A DNA stretch of 64,000 nt from Octopus bimaculoides. Lineage: Eukaryota. The position numbers and the translations under genes are program-made. Each line of letters opens with the position of its first letter. Within the stretch, counting starts at the first letter, position 1. The notes beneath the pieces are model-generated. The model saw only the letters and a program-made list of their open reading frames with translations. It ran no database searches and was not told where the DNA came from. The DNA lies in the NCBI RefSeq assembly GCF_001194135.2, contig NC_068988.1:44088260-44152259 (forward strand), given 5' to 3'. Shown piece after piece: positions 1 to 11,904 of this stretch.

Positions 1-216
1 AAAGACACCATTTCGAGCGTGGCCGTTTTCGTGCGGGTGACACGTAAAAGCACCCACTACACTCTCTGAGTGGTTGGCGTTAGGAAGGGCATCCAGCTGT
101 AGAAACTCTGCCAAATCAGACTGGAGCCTGGTGTTGCCATCCGGTTTCACCAGTCCTCAGTCAAATCGTCCAACCCATGCTAGCATGGAAAGCGGACGTT
201 AAACGATGATGATGAT
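1..216 (+). mobile_element. RTE-type LINE 3'UTR/tail, cut by the window edge
   Basis: Identical by eye to 61960-62175. Confidence 0.85.
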
Positions 217-556
217 ATGTATATACACACACACACACAAAAATGTTTTTGAATAGGTCCAATGCCAATATTATATAGCAGGCTAAATAACTGACTATAA
301 CTACTTCAGTCTCTCACTAGTATAAAAAGGTCCTGGTATTTAAACGTTTCTTACAAATAGAAAAAAAATGAAGTCAACTCAACTTCAACTAGGAACTGAA
401 ACTGTGATTATAGACTTGGATCACAGAGAACTTATCTCTTGCTCCAAGGTACTTCATACTGTACATTACTCATCATGTACGAGGAACACACAGACAGGGA
501 TGGCCACAAACAAAATTAGCAAAATATAGACAAGAACAAAGTAAAAGGTAACAAAC

Positions 557-659
557 CTGTACGATGAGTTCCAAAGTATCAAGCGCTACCATGCTGACTT
601 CTGAAGCAAGGTTGCCTTCTACATGGGCATCGACTTCCACATCACGACTGAACTTTTGA
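557..659 (-). CDS. DOCK7: DOCK7-like exon: (S)QKFSRDVEVDAHVEGNLASEVSMVALDTLELIVQ
   Basis: Matches [25 protein letters not shown]; acceptor ctctaaccag, donor gtttgt; 103 nt, phase 2->0. Confidence 0.95.
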
Positions 660-964
660 CTGGTTAGAGAGATGAAACGGAAGAGAAAGAGATGAAATGT
701 TTAATAATGATAAACATCACTTAAGAGCAACATCATGTTTCATAACATCATACAACAAAAATATTTATCAGCTGTTTCCTCCTTTCTTAAAGACAATTGG
801 TATTGTTTGAAACCCCTTTTATCTTGGTTTTCAAAGTGAATATGGGTGGAATGGATGTACCTGCTCTGAAGGAAAATGGTACAGGTATGGCAATGTGGTT
901 AAGAAGCATGCTTTGCAACAATGTGTTTTTAAGTTCAGTCCACTCTGCAGCACTATCTACTGTA

Positions 965-1027
965 CCCCTAGTCTGATCAATTCCTTGTGTGTAAATTTGG
1001 CAGACAGAAACTGTGTGGAAGCTTGTC

Positions 1028-1058
<31 letters not shown>

Positions 1059-1064
1059 CGTGTA

Positions 1065-1121
<57 letters not shown>

Positions 1122-1395
1122 ATATGTATGTGTATGTGTGTATATATGTATGTGTATGTGTGTGTGTGTGTGTGTGTGTGCGCTTTTGTGATTGTGTTTG
1201 TCCCCCACCCTACTGCCTGGCAACTAGTGTTGGTTTGTTTATGTCCTCATAACTTAGCAGTTCAGCAAAAGAAATCAACATATTTCAGACTTAAGAAAAT
1301 AAGTACTGAGGTTAATTTGTTTGACTAAACCCTTCAAGTCTGTGCTTCAGCAAAGGCACAGTTCAAAGACTGAAATAAGCAAAGGATAACAGATA
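965..1395 (+). mobile_element. SINE family 4 with an internal (TG)n/(TA)n microsatellite
   Basis: ...ttggcagacagaaactg, microsatellite, tttgtccccc...tgtttatgtcctcataacttagcagttcagcaaaag...gactgaaataag; related pieces at 44045-44165, 46241-46313, 46855-47100, 47376-47446 and 63159-63290. Confidence 0.7.
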
Positions 1396-1533
1396 AAAAC
1401 AGCTGGAGTTCAAGTCTCACTAGGATTAACTTTCAATTAACCACACAAGTCTTATCATGCTAGTTGTGAATCACCTAGAAAGAGCTACAGAGTAGTACAA
1501 CTAATGTACTAAATCACAACTGGTTGTGAATCA

Positions 1534-1567
<34 letters not shown>

Positions 1568-2934
1568 AGTCACACGGGAAGAATAAAAACAAAAAATCAA
1601 GACTGGTAGGATTTGAACTTAAAATGTAAAATAACACAGGTTAATATCACAAGGTATTCATTTTATAGCTGTACTAGAAGAGAAAGTAAGGTAAAGCGGT
1701 TTCCTGTTGACTATGTCAAGCTTACGTGGACCTGAACTTGTACAGCAAACTAATGAAAAACATTAAATATAGAGTGTTTCCATTCATTACAGTAGTGATA
1801 AATATCTAGTTATAATATATCCACATACAACAGTGTGGACAAGGCTGTGTGGAGTGACAAGTACCTTGATCACAAACACATAGCTGTAGTGCTAACAGGA
1901 TGAGAACTATCAACTCTTCAATTCAAAACTTCGACACTGAAAATGTTTGAATTGCTTTGTTGTCAGGTAAACAAGTAGTTACAATAAGACTAATTGATTG
2001 AATTTGCAATCACACATAAAGTTATATACGGTTTTAAGGGGCAAAAATACACAAACAAATCAGAAATAAATATTAAGTGGTATTTATAAATGATTTTTGT
2101 TGTAATCTAAAAACATTATTTAAATTCGAAAAATTATTATTATTATCCTTCTTATAATAACAATATTCTGTATATATGTACTTATGTCATGACATTATGG
2201 CTCAACAGCATTTCACTGTGGACATGTGTCTATACATATACACAACAAACATAATCAGGGCTGGATTAAGACCCATTGAGGCCCTAAGTACTTAAAAGAT
2301 TTTATTTTCCCCATAAAAGATTATGTAATTCAAAATATAAACAATAACAAACCATAAAATAAAGTTTTATTTTTCAAAACAAGACAAAACAGTAAGAGGG
2401 AAAATAATGTTTATTTTTGTATAATTATATTTTATTTATATTTGAAAAGTTTCCTCCTACTTTTTTAAATCGCAAAGTCTTTGATCAGATCCTCAAAATT
2501 AATCTTAGGTAGCACATCTGTATCTATATAAAGGCATCCTGAATATTATTTTAGCAAGTTTAAATTGATTTCTTTTGTGCCATAAACCATTTACCATTTC
2601 TGTGGTGCCCACTCCTTCCCTTGATGCCCTAAGTATGTGCTTATTTTGCTTAATGGTTAATCCAGCGCTGGACACAATTATTGCTTGGCACACCAAGCAT
2701 AAATCATCAATACAGATAAAACATTGTGTATAACCATCTTTTGGTCAGTCACTTGCATAAAGGTTAAATAACAAAGTTTCATAAAAATGTTATTAAGACT
2801 TAAATCAACATTTCTGATTGTCATGAGATATTGCGTAACCTTCATTAGTTTCACATTCCATGATTTGAAGAGAAGCCAGTGATAATCCTACAAAACATAA
2901 AATGGTTTAGATTTCACCGGGATGCAGTACATAC

Positions 2935-3031
2935 CTTTCATAGTGCTCATGAGGCTGTTTCCATTGGAATTGGTCCTTCCGCCAGCGAAGACGACTTCCT
3001 TCCGAGCCCCCTGATGGAGGTGTACGGTCAC
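2935..3031 (-). CDS. DOCK7: DOCK7-like exon: (G)DRTPPSGGSEGSRLRWRKDQFQWKQPHEHYE
   Basis: Matches ERSPSG...NLRWRKDMTHWRQ; acceptor atttctcag, donor gtatgt; 97 nt, phase 1->2. Confidence 0.94.
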
Positions 3032-4592
3032 CTGAGAAATAAATTTGAATAGTTATGTCCCATACTAACTCAAATACTCATCACAGGAGAGAATTAACTG
3101 TTCAATAAACCCTTAACAACCATCTACAGCAAAATATCACCAACTCATAAAAGTATCACAGCATTATCAACAATATCTTTTTCTATGACAATGTTACCAT
3201 ATATTTACATGAAGGAGCCTGTACAGAGCTGCTTCACTCATAGGAAATAGCGACCAAATCTTCCTCAAATGACACCCTACCATCTAAAAACAGTAAGGGA
3301 TTATATAATTCTAGATACCATGCCTGAAAACAAAAAGATGAGAGTATCACCGCTTGAATGCCTTTGAGCAAAAGTCTGCTGGATCATGGTTGACTCAGAG
3401 TTAAACAATAATACAAACAAATAACTTTTAGAAGTTTAATTCATTCCTTCACTAGCTCCATCCCCATCTTTCTATACAGCTCATTTCCATCATTTCATTG
3501 ATGAAGCTTTTTCGAGTTATCTTTTTAAGACACTGTGTAACAGGTTCATTTTGATTTTTGCAAAACTAAGTTGGTGGGGAACAGATAATCTCCTAGTTTA
3601 TAATATTCTTCTTTGTTTTCCAAAAGACACTTGGTCTTTATTCTCTTGCTAAGCAAATAGAGACTATCCAAACATCAATATAACTCCTTCTGTAAATCTC
3701 CTTCAATAAACTTCCTATTACACAAATTCTGGAACAGTATACTCCACAGAAAAATAAAACATGATGGCCTAAGGATATTCACTTTGGTTATCATTCACTA
3801 CAAGGAGAAGGATGATGCCCTGAACTCTTACAAGACCAGTGAAGATTGCTGTGATTGTTATTCAACCTGAAGGTATGCAAATTGATGTTTGTAGGGTAAA
3901 CATGATAGGTATGGGGTGAGGAGGGAGAGAGAAAGACAAAGAGAGGAATCTCTAATCTAATACAAATTTGTGACTACTCATAAGTCTGTACTCCAATATA
4001 CATTATCTTCTCAATCGTTTTTACTTTACAGCAAAAATTAAACCAGACTTTTGAGGGTTCAGTATGTTGATCATAACAGAAAATATAGGGCCAGAATACA
4101 TCCTGCTTATTTTTCAGAGAATTGGTTAGTACCCAAACTAGAACAGCTGTTCCTTCACATTTTCAATAAATATGAGGAGGTGCTGCGATAAGTGTGTGAA
4201 TCTGAGAGGGAAATAATATTGAATAAAATCACAAGTGAATCTCCTGTATTTTCTTTTAGTCAAAGCCAGGAACTTTGTATTATTATTGATAATGCACCTG
4301 AGCACTGTATACAATAAGTTCATTATTATCCTCTAGCTTGGAAGGTATGGAGTATTCTGAATCTAGTCAAAAATAACTGACTCTCCATTACTCCCAAGAC
4401 AGTTGGTCAATTCAATTAATTAAGGCAAGAAACATTTGCATGGTCACATGACCTGTTAGAAACAACAGCCAAATCTCCCTTACATCAAAACCCTACAATC
4501 ACACCGGATGTAACTTAAAACAGGAGAAAACACTGCTTAACCTTATGCTAAACAAAACCAACAAAGTAAACTGTTTTAGTGCCATGAAATAC

Positions 4593-4740
4593 CTGAGTTA
4601 CTGAAGCTTGTTTGGCGTCGCCTTAGCATCATTTCTGTCCTGGCATTTGAATGGCCGAGAATTGCTTCTTCAAGACGTGTCTTCATGTCAACACTTCGCC
4701 GGAATGTCTGCTGGGAATACTGACTCATTGCTTTCTTACC
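4593..4740 (-). CDS. DOCK7: DOCK7-like exon: GKKAMSQYSQQTFRRSVDMKTRLEEAILGHSNARTEMMLRRRQTSFSNS
   Basis: Matches GKK...[23 protein letters not shown]; acceptor tcttgatgtcag, donor gtattt; 148 nt, phase 0->1. Confidence 0.95.
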
Positions 4741-5267
4741 CTGACATCAAGAGAAGACAGTAGACAAATATTATTACAACCATTAACTGTCAAACATCCA
4801 TGGTTGTTTTTTTTGTATTGTGTTTTTTGTTTAAACTATAACATTTAAGGTTTTCAAGTGGATTTCACTGAAATTATACATGAAAGAAAAACTGAAATAT
4901 TGAATAACAAGAAAAACTGAAATAAGAAAGTTTTGACTAAACTATAACCCATACATATTGTTTGAGAGAAATATATAACCTATGAATAAATTATGACAAA
5001 ATGGTTTTAACAACAATAACAATTATATTACTCATAGAAACACAAATATAAATTAAAATAATCTTTATGTATGCGTGTGACTGTTTATATCTATATGTGT
5101 GTGTGTGTACATCAAGACACACACATTTCCATATATGAATATGTATGTAAGAGTATAAATATTCTTTTTAGTTTGTGGATAACTAAAAAATAGAAGTGAG
5201 TTCATCCCATTAGCACATATTCATAAAAACAACAAAGAAATATTTAACTGTAAGCTATGCATATATC

Positions 5268-5314
<47 letters not shown>

Positions 5315-5760
5315 TATATACAAGCACACACACACACACACTATATAGTATTAGTAAGTTTGATGTAAGTAAAACAAAACAAACACAAAAACATAAAAAT
5401 GCAGTACCCCAGTATGGTCACAGCTCATTGTCTGAAACCAGTAAAAGAGTAAAAGGAACTAAGAAACTGGAATGCATCATGTTATGCTGATTACTTTGAA
5501 GAGTTTAGATAAAAGAATTAGGTAAATAAAATAAAGATGAAGCAGTATGAATTCTAAGTGATAATATAATATCAGTTATCATACGGAAGTGCAGATTTGT
5601 AACGGTAGGAATGGGTATTATAAAGGAAACATGGTTTGCGCTCAATATAATAACTACTAGAGAAAGGTAAAGTTGATATGTGAAGGGATCAAACATAGAA
5701 TAATAGAAGGCTGGATCAAAATACAGTCAGGCAATTTAGTTTAGAGCACTATTGTATTCC

Positions 5761-5982
5761 ATAATAATTCTTTCTACTAAAGGCACAAGGCCTGAAATTT
5801 TGTGGGAAAGGACAAGTCGATTACATCAACCCCAGTGTTTCACTGGTACTTATTTTATCGACCCCAAAAGGACGAAAGGCAAAGTCGACCATGGCAGAAT
5901 TTGAACTCAGAACATATGGACAGATAAAATGCCGCCAAGCATTTCGTCCAGCATGCTAACGATTCTGCTAGCTCACTGCCTT
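5761..5982 (-). mobile_element. tRNA-derived SINE, family 1 (Meta-domain-like core)
   Basis: Minus-strand head ggcagtgagctagcagaatcgttagc with B-box gagttcaaattc, core gtcgactttgcctttcgtccttttggggtcgataaaataagtacc; more than 10 in-window copies (about 6230, 6460, 14310, 19860, 22070, 23620, 25061, 27191, 27905, 28700, 38400, 46060). Confidence 0.8.
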
Positions 5983-8900
5983 ATTGTTTTCCATAATAAT
6001 GATATCATAAACTGGTGCAGGGTCATATACTGTAGGAGGCAGGGGTAATGCAGTCAATATAATCAATCAAAATACATGCCTAGTACTTAAGGATGGAGGC
6101 AAAGTTGAGCATGGTTGAAATGTAACACTAGATAGAACTAAAAGTAAGAAACCTTTTAATCAGGTACCCTGCCATCTACACCATTCTCTATCTTGTTTTC
6201 ATAATGTTAGTAATCTTTTTTAGATTAGGCAGATGGCCAGCAATTTGTTGCATGTATATGTTGGGGTAAGTTGATTTAATCAACTCTAGTACTTGGCTGG
6301 TAATTTATTTAACCAGCCATAAAAAAAGGATCAAAAGCAAAGTTGCCTTTACAGGAATTTGAACTATGAACATAAGGAGCTGGGACAAATACTGCAAGGC
6401 ATTTTGTCTGCTGCTCTAATAATTATGCCAATCTACCACTCTTAATAATTTTTGACAAAGTCAAAGCCAAAAATTTGGGCAGAGGAGAACAATTGATCTC
6501 AGTACTTGTGTGGGAAGATGAAAGGCAAAGCTAACATCAGTAAGATTTGAACACAGGATGTTAACAGCTAGAATAGATACTGCAAAGCATTTTGTCTGAT
6601 ACTGTAACAGTTCTGCCAATATTACAAATAAGGATTTAGGGTCAAGGCCTTAGATTTTAGAGCCGAAAATAGAACTAAATTAGCCTCAAAAGGCAGAATG
6701 ATATAGTTTAGCTTCAGTGGGGATTTGAATTAGAATGTAGTTAAATACTAAAGATGATTCTTCCTAACATGGGATTGTGTTTGCCAACCAATAATAAAAA
6801 TAAAAACAGTGGTTTCTTATACAGGCATGAAAACCTGGGACTTTTATAGAAGAGGAAAAATGTTGTAGCATTCATGTTTTATCCAAAGTCATTAATCAGG
6901 TAAATGATGCAGTTGGAATATTTGAAATCAGGCCAATAATATTAATTGGCTTTCAATTAAAACATAATTCCCTAAATTAATTGAGAGGGCGAGAAAGGAA
7001 ATATGTGATAAAATAATGCCCCATTATTATAAAATGCAACAATGTGTCTATTTGAAAAAGCAAAAATATACTTGTCTGGGAAGATCTTAGAGAAATCATG
7101 TGTCCAGCTTAGAGTTGGAAGATTAGGAATTCTGAAAGCATGCTTCCAATGGTTGACACTGGAATAATCCCAAACAAGAGGGAAAATGCATGCCAAAAAC
7201 ATACTGAATGTTGGCAAATTCTTTTATATATTTATTTTATGTTGTTACTGATGAACATTAATATTATTGCTTACAGATTCTCAGCAAGTCAATCCTTGAT
7301 TTGCGTTTTTTTCTGCTAGCAAGAATAACAAGGAACTGTCTGTGTAAATTGATGCAGACTTAGTTCAAAAGCACTAGTCTATCAGTTTTTCTTGCTAATG
7401 ATCTCATTTTTTGTCAATATATACCAACAAAAGATATACAGACACACACAACAGTCTTCGACAAAGTTACTGTCTATCAAATTCCATGTGTGAGGAGGCA
7501 TTGGTCAACCAGATGCTACATTAGAGAATAATTGCCCAAAATGCATAGGTAACCTGTATACCAAGAACACCTGATACACACATATCTCTTCCTCTCTTTA
7601 TCCCACCCAAAGCCTTTGCACAAATCACTTTCTTCCAATCCTCCTGCTACAAAATATCAACCTACAAGGATTTACTCCCCACTCATGTCTTTCTTGGCAA
7701 CAATCAACTCAGCAGATGTTTATGCTGAGCATCAACTCTCTTGCTCTCACCAATTTTGGAGGGCATGAAGAAGCCAGATATTGCCCCTTCTGCAGAAGCT
7801 ATATGTAAAATCCTCCATGCAATTCCTTTGACTTTTACAATCTTTGTCACCATATGTTGTAAGTAGCAAGTAAGTAAACCAGTTTGTAATGTCCTGCATC
7901 AAACTGTTTGTGAAGTTATTCCAACTTTCATGATGCTGTGGTTGGGAGATAATAACATTCGGCAGGTTAACAACATTAGTCTCTCACAGGTTTTTACCTG
8001 TGGTAAGATTTAAATTCATCAGTAAATACAGTTATTACTCCATTCCTAGTAATGTAAATAAAACAATAGTATTTCTGTTAAGAGATTGTCTATCTAATTA
8101 CAAATGTAGAGATGATGGTAAAGGTGGTTAGTTACATACCAATTAGTTTATAAGGACATTGAATGAAGTCCAAGTATTCACACAGAGAATTCAGTGAGAA
8201 ATAATACTGGAATGGTTTCCCATTATTCTCTCTAGGTCCACAAGAATACTTAGTACAATTTTACAACAATGAACTATATTACTCTGTAGTATTTACTTCA
8301 GACTAGGTAATGCCAGCAGGTAAATGTCTTAGCCAGGGACACAAAGTAGTACTGCTAACAGAAAATGTACTTCATAGATCTCTTGGATAGTTTAAAAAAC
8401 AAAAACAAAAAAAAAACCTATGAATGACTTTGGGAAGTAGAAGTAGCATCATGTCCTTTGTAGGTTATCACAGATTGATAGAACTGATGTGGCTAATGCC
8501 TGAAAGCATCTGCAGGTCTCTGTCTTCAGGAAACAACACTCAGGCAAGGAGAGAACTGAGTGAGGCTCTAGTTTGAATTCTTGCAGCTGAGTGAACTTTG
8601 CTAAAAGCACACAAAGATCATGTGGAAGTGCTAAAGTGGGAAAATAATTGAAACCAGTAGAAGAAAAAAACTTACAAGCTTTATCGCCCAGTTGTTCAAT
8701 ATTTTATCCTTGCCCTCAAGCAATCAAAAGAAAACATTTGTTATGCTAATTTCTCACCTGATATTTATGCACAAAAAAGATTATTTATTTACACAGTTGC
8801 TATGGAGATATAATTTAAATTTCTTTGATATAAAAAAAAAAAAAATCATGGAACAACATAATGCAAAATTTTCCAAGCCATGTGATGCAGAAATGAAGAA

Positions 8901-10507
8901 GTTGAAGTGTGCATTTTGTTAAAAGAAATCACACAGTTAAGAGTTAAGGTAGGAGTAATTAATTCTTGTTAATAGAGGCCGTTTTGTTAAGAGTAAAGCA
9001 CACACAACAAACCAGAATGTATTTCTCACTGTTGTAGCAGATGTGAGAGTATGTATGAAGAGAACAAGAATACATTAGGGTATCATGTGCATTGTTACAT
9101 ATAAAAAAAAGGTATGGATCTATTTTCTTAGATATTAAATATGGAAAAGCAATTCTGTTCAAAGAGGCAATGTTGATAGTTGCTCACTTAGAGCACTTAG
9201 AGACAATAGTTCCGTTATATGATCCTTGTAATCAAACACTTAAACAGTTAAAATGCTCATGACACAGTTTCATGAAGCAAATTATCACAGGGTCATTCCC
9301 AGCATTCAATAAAAACACTAAAATTGATCAAAAATGCATTTTCTTTAAAATCTAAAGAATCAGCTTCTACACCTGGCTCTGCTACCAAACTTATTAAAAC
9401 TTAAAATAAACAGCAGGGAAAAAGATGTCAGGCAAAAGATAGATCACTACGAGAGAGAACATATACAGACTCACAGAGATGATTCTAATTAAACAGGTGG
9501 TGGGCATCTAGAAAATATATCTTGTAATACCACTGACCATTATGACTGCAATCTGAACTAATAAGGGAATAACTATTGTTTCACCCAACCTGCTTGTTTT
9601 AACAGTTAAATTACCCTCAAATACTCTCTACAATCTTCAAACTAGGATCCACACGTAACAACCTTAAAATCGAATCCAGAATATGCCCGAAACATAAAAG
9701 AAAAGGGCTTCAGCAAGAATGCCAATCAAAGGATGTGAACCTGTTTATTAATTAGCAATCAATGGTATTAAAGGATTTCACCACATATCACAACAATATT
9801 TCGGTGTATATAACAGGAATAGTTATAATACCTAGAATCCATTGGGCAATAGCAGCATAACTGATAAATAGTTACTCTTCATGGAGTGTATCTAGAACAA
9901 GGCAAGTAGACAAAGTTCATTGCAAGGAAGAATTAAACTCTGTATTTCAAGCTATGACACAGATGAATTTTTTCAAGATGGCCTCTGAGAGGTTGCTTGG
10001 CCTATTATGCTTCTATTTAAAGTTTATTCAACTCAGTATTATCTGTCAGCATACTTCTTGGTTTTCCCCTTTCCTTTTGCTTTCTATTAAAAATTTCTGT
10101 AAATTATTTTATCTAAGTGTCCAAAATATTTTAGTTTTTTCTCTTTGATGGTGTCCATGCTTAGTTTTTGCCATTGTTAGTACTTCATCATTTGTTGTCT
10201 TCTGGATACTCCTCAAAAATTAACATCTGAATTGTGAGAGAATAGAGTCAAAGTCTGGGGGTCATTTCCAAAATTTATATCCTAATATCCTTTCCCCCAG
10301 GAATGCAATGCATAAATCAACATCTTATGAACTTTAAAATACCAGCTCAAAGCATAAACTTCATCATGCAACAATGTTATTCAACATACACTATTGATTT
10401 CTATATGAATGAATGTTTATCTGATACTTCTGAATCTTATAATTAAGTAAAAGCAGATTTGCTAAACTGAAATTGTGTTATTAACAGCATGATGCAACAA
10501 TCATTAC

Positions 10508-10573
10508 CCCAGCTTGCCAGTAAGACCAGGTCAGGATAACTGAGGTCAGCCGGATATCTATCTTTGAAATCTG
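10508..10573 (-). CDS. DOCK7: Candidate 63/66-nt cassette exon ((Q)ISKIDIRLTSVILTWSYWQAG)
   Basis: Long pyrimidine tract, NAGNAG acceptor (catcag/cag), donor GGG|gtaatg; phase 0->0, open. Confidence 0.4.
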
Positions 10574-11344
10574 CTGATGAAGACCTTCACAGGAAAGCCG
10601 AGAAGCAAGAGAAATGAAAGACATCAAAACCACTGGATATTCATTTCCAGTGAGCAGGTGTCATCATACAACTATTGCAACAATATAAAGAAATTAGGTG
10701 ATAACAGACTGATATGCAGACATGTTACTGGTGCCTGTGTATCATCACAATACACATATTTTGATGTCCTTACCTAATTAATTGGATTCAAACATAAGTA
10801 GAATGACACATTTGGAGAATAGGAATAGTTAATTCTTATAGTTAATTAAAGCTTCATTACCAGATTGGTACTTTATTTTACTGACAGTTGAGGGATAAAA
10901 GATAGAGTGGATCTCAACAGGATTTTAATGCAGAGCATAGACGGAAGACATAACAGTCACAAGGTAAATTGTCTGATGCTCTGCTGATTTTGCTAATCCA
11001 CTGAATAGCCTATGGAATTAACAGTGACCAATGGAAGTAACAAGGAAATAGAGGGATAATAGCTAAATCAAACCTAATTCTCGCAAATGCTTTAAAATGT
11101 AGAAAACAGCATGTAGCATTTTTAAGAGTGGTTAGTAAAATTTTCTTGTAGCTGTTAAATTTTTTTTTCAAACAAAGCCAAAACTAAATAAATAAAAATC
11201 AAAATTTCAAAGTAAAAAACCAGAGAAACCAGTCCAAATACCAAGCGAACAAACCCAACACAGGCAATGCTCAAGGCACAAATTCTTTTTGGAAAAAGAA
11301 AAAAAGAAAATCTGCGCGTGCTAAACAAAATTTGATGACTTTAC

Positions 11345-11416
11345 CAAGAGCACATTCAAAGATGTCGCAGATGTTGGTCTTGGCGGGCGGAATGGTAAGA
11401 TGTTGTCAAGGGTTAT
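11345..11416 (-). CDS. DOCK7: Candidate 72-nt cassette exon (ITLDNILPFRPPRPTSATSLNVLL)
   Basis: aaactatag|ATA...TTG|gtaaag; phase 0->0, open, CpG-containing island. Confidence 0.5.
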
Positions 11417-11841
11417 CTATAGTTTAGACCCAACATGAGAGTAAAAAAACAAAAAAAACAAAAGATGAAATGATGGTATAAATCAAAGAAAATATAAGCA
11501 AAAATTTTTTTAATAATTTCAGAAAAAATTTCCAAATAATCCATAATATCCTGTGTACAAGGGACATAGTATACATGGATAAACATAATGCAAATCTACT
11601 AGAGGAGGGTACAATGCTGCAAAACCAATTTAAACATTGTCACTTGTTTGGGACTATGTAAAATGAAACTGGTGAATTGTCATGCAGACAAATTCTTTAA
11701 AATAAAATTCTACATACCTTGTTCTGACTATTGTAGAAATAAAGACAAATCAAATATTGAGGAAAGATTAGGTTTATGCCTATAGCTAATAAACTAGAGT
11801 TGTTAGTAGATAATTAGCTAGTATGTATGTATTGATGAAAA

Positions 11842-11904
<63 letters not shown>

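Noticed and set aside
787-1328. Overlapping ORFs rich in CV/YI repeats (also at 5257, 17934, 22574, 25153, 27263, 37254, 47000)
   Set aside because: Translations of microsatellites or N-gaps.
9615-9641. 27-nt in-frame island FEDCREYLR
   Set aside because: Poor acceptor and resembles a dispersed repeat also seen near 4480 and 3270.
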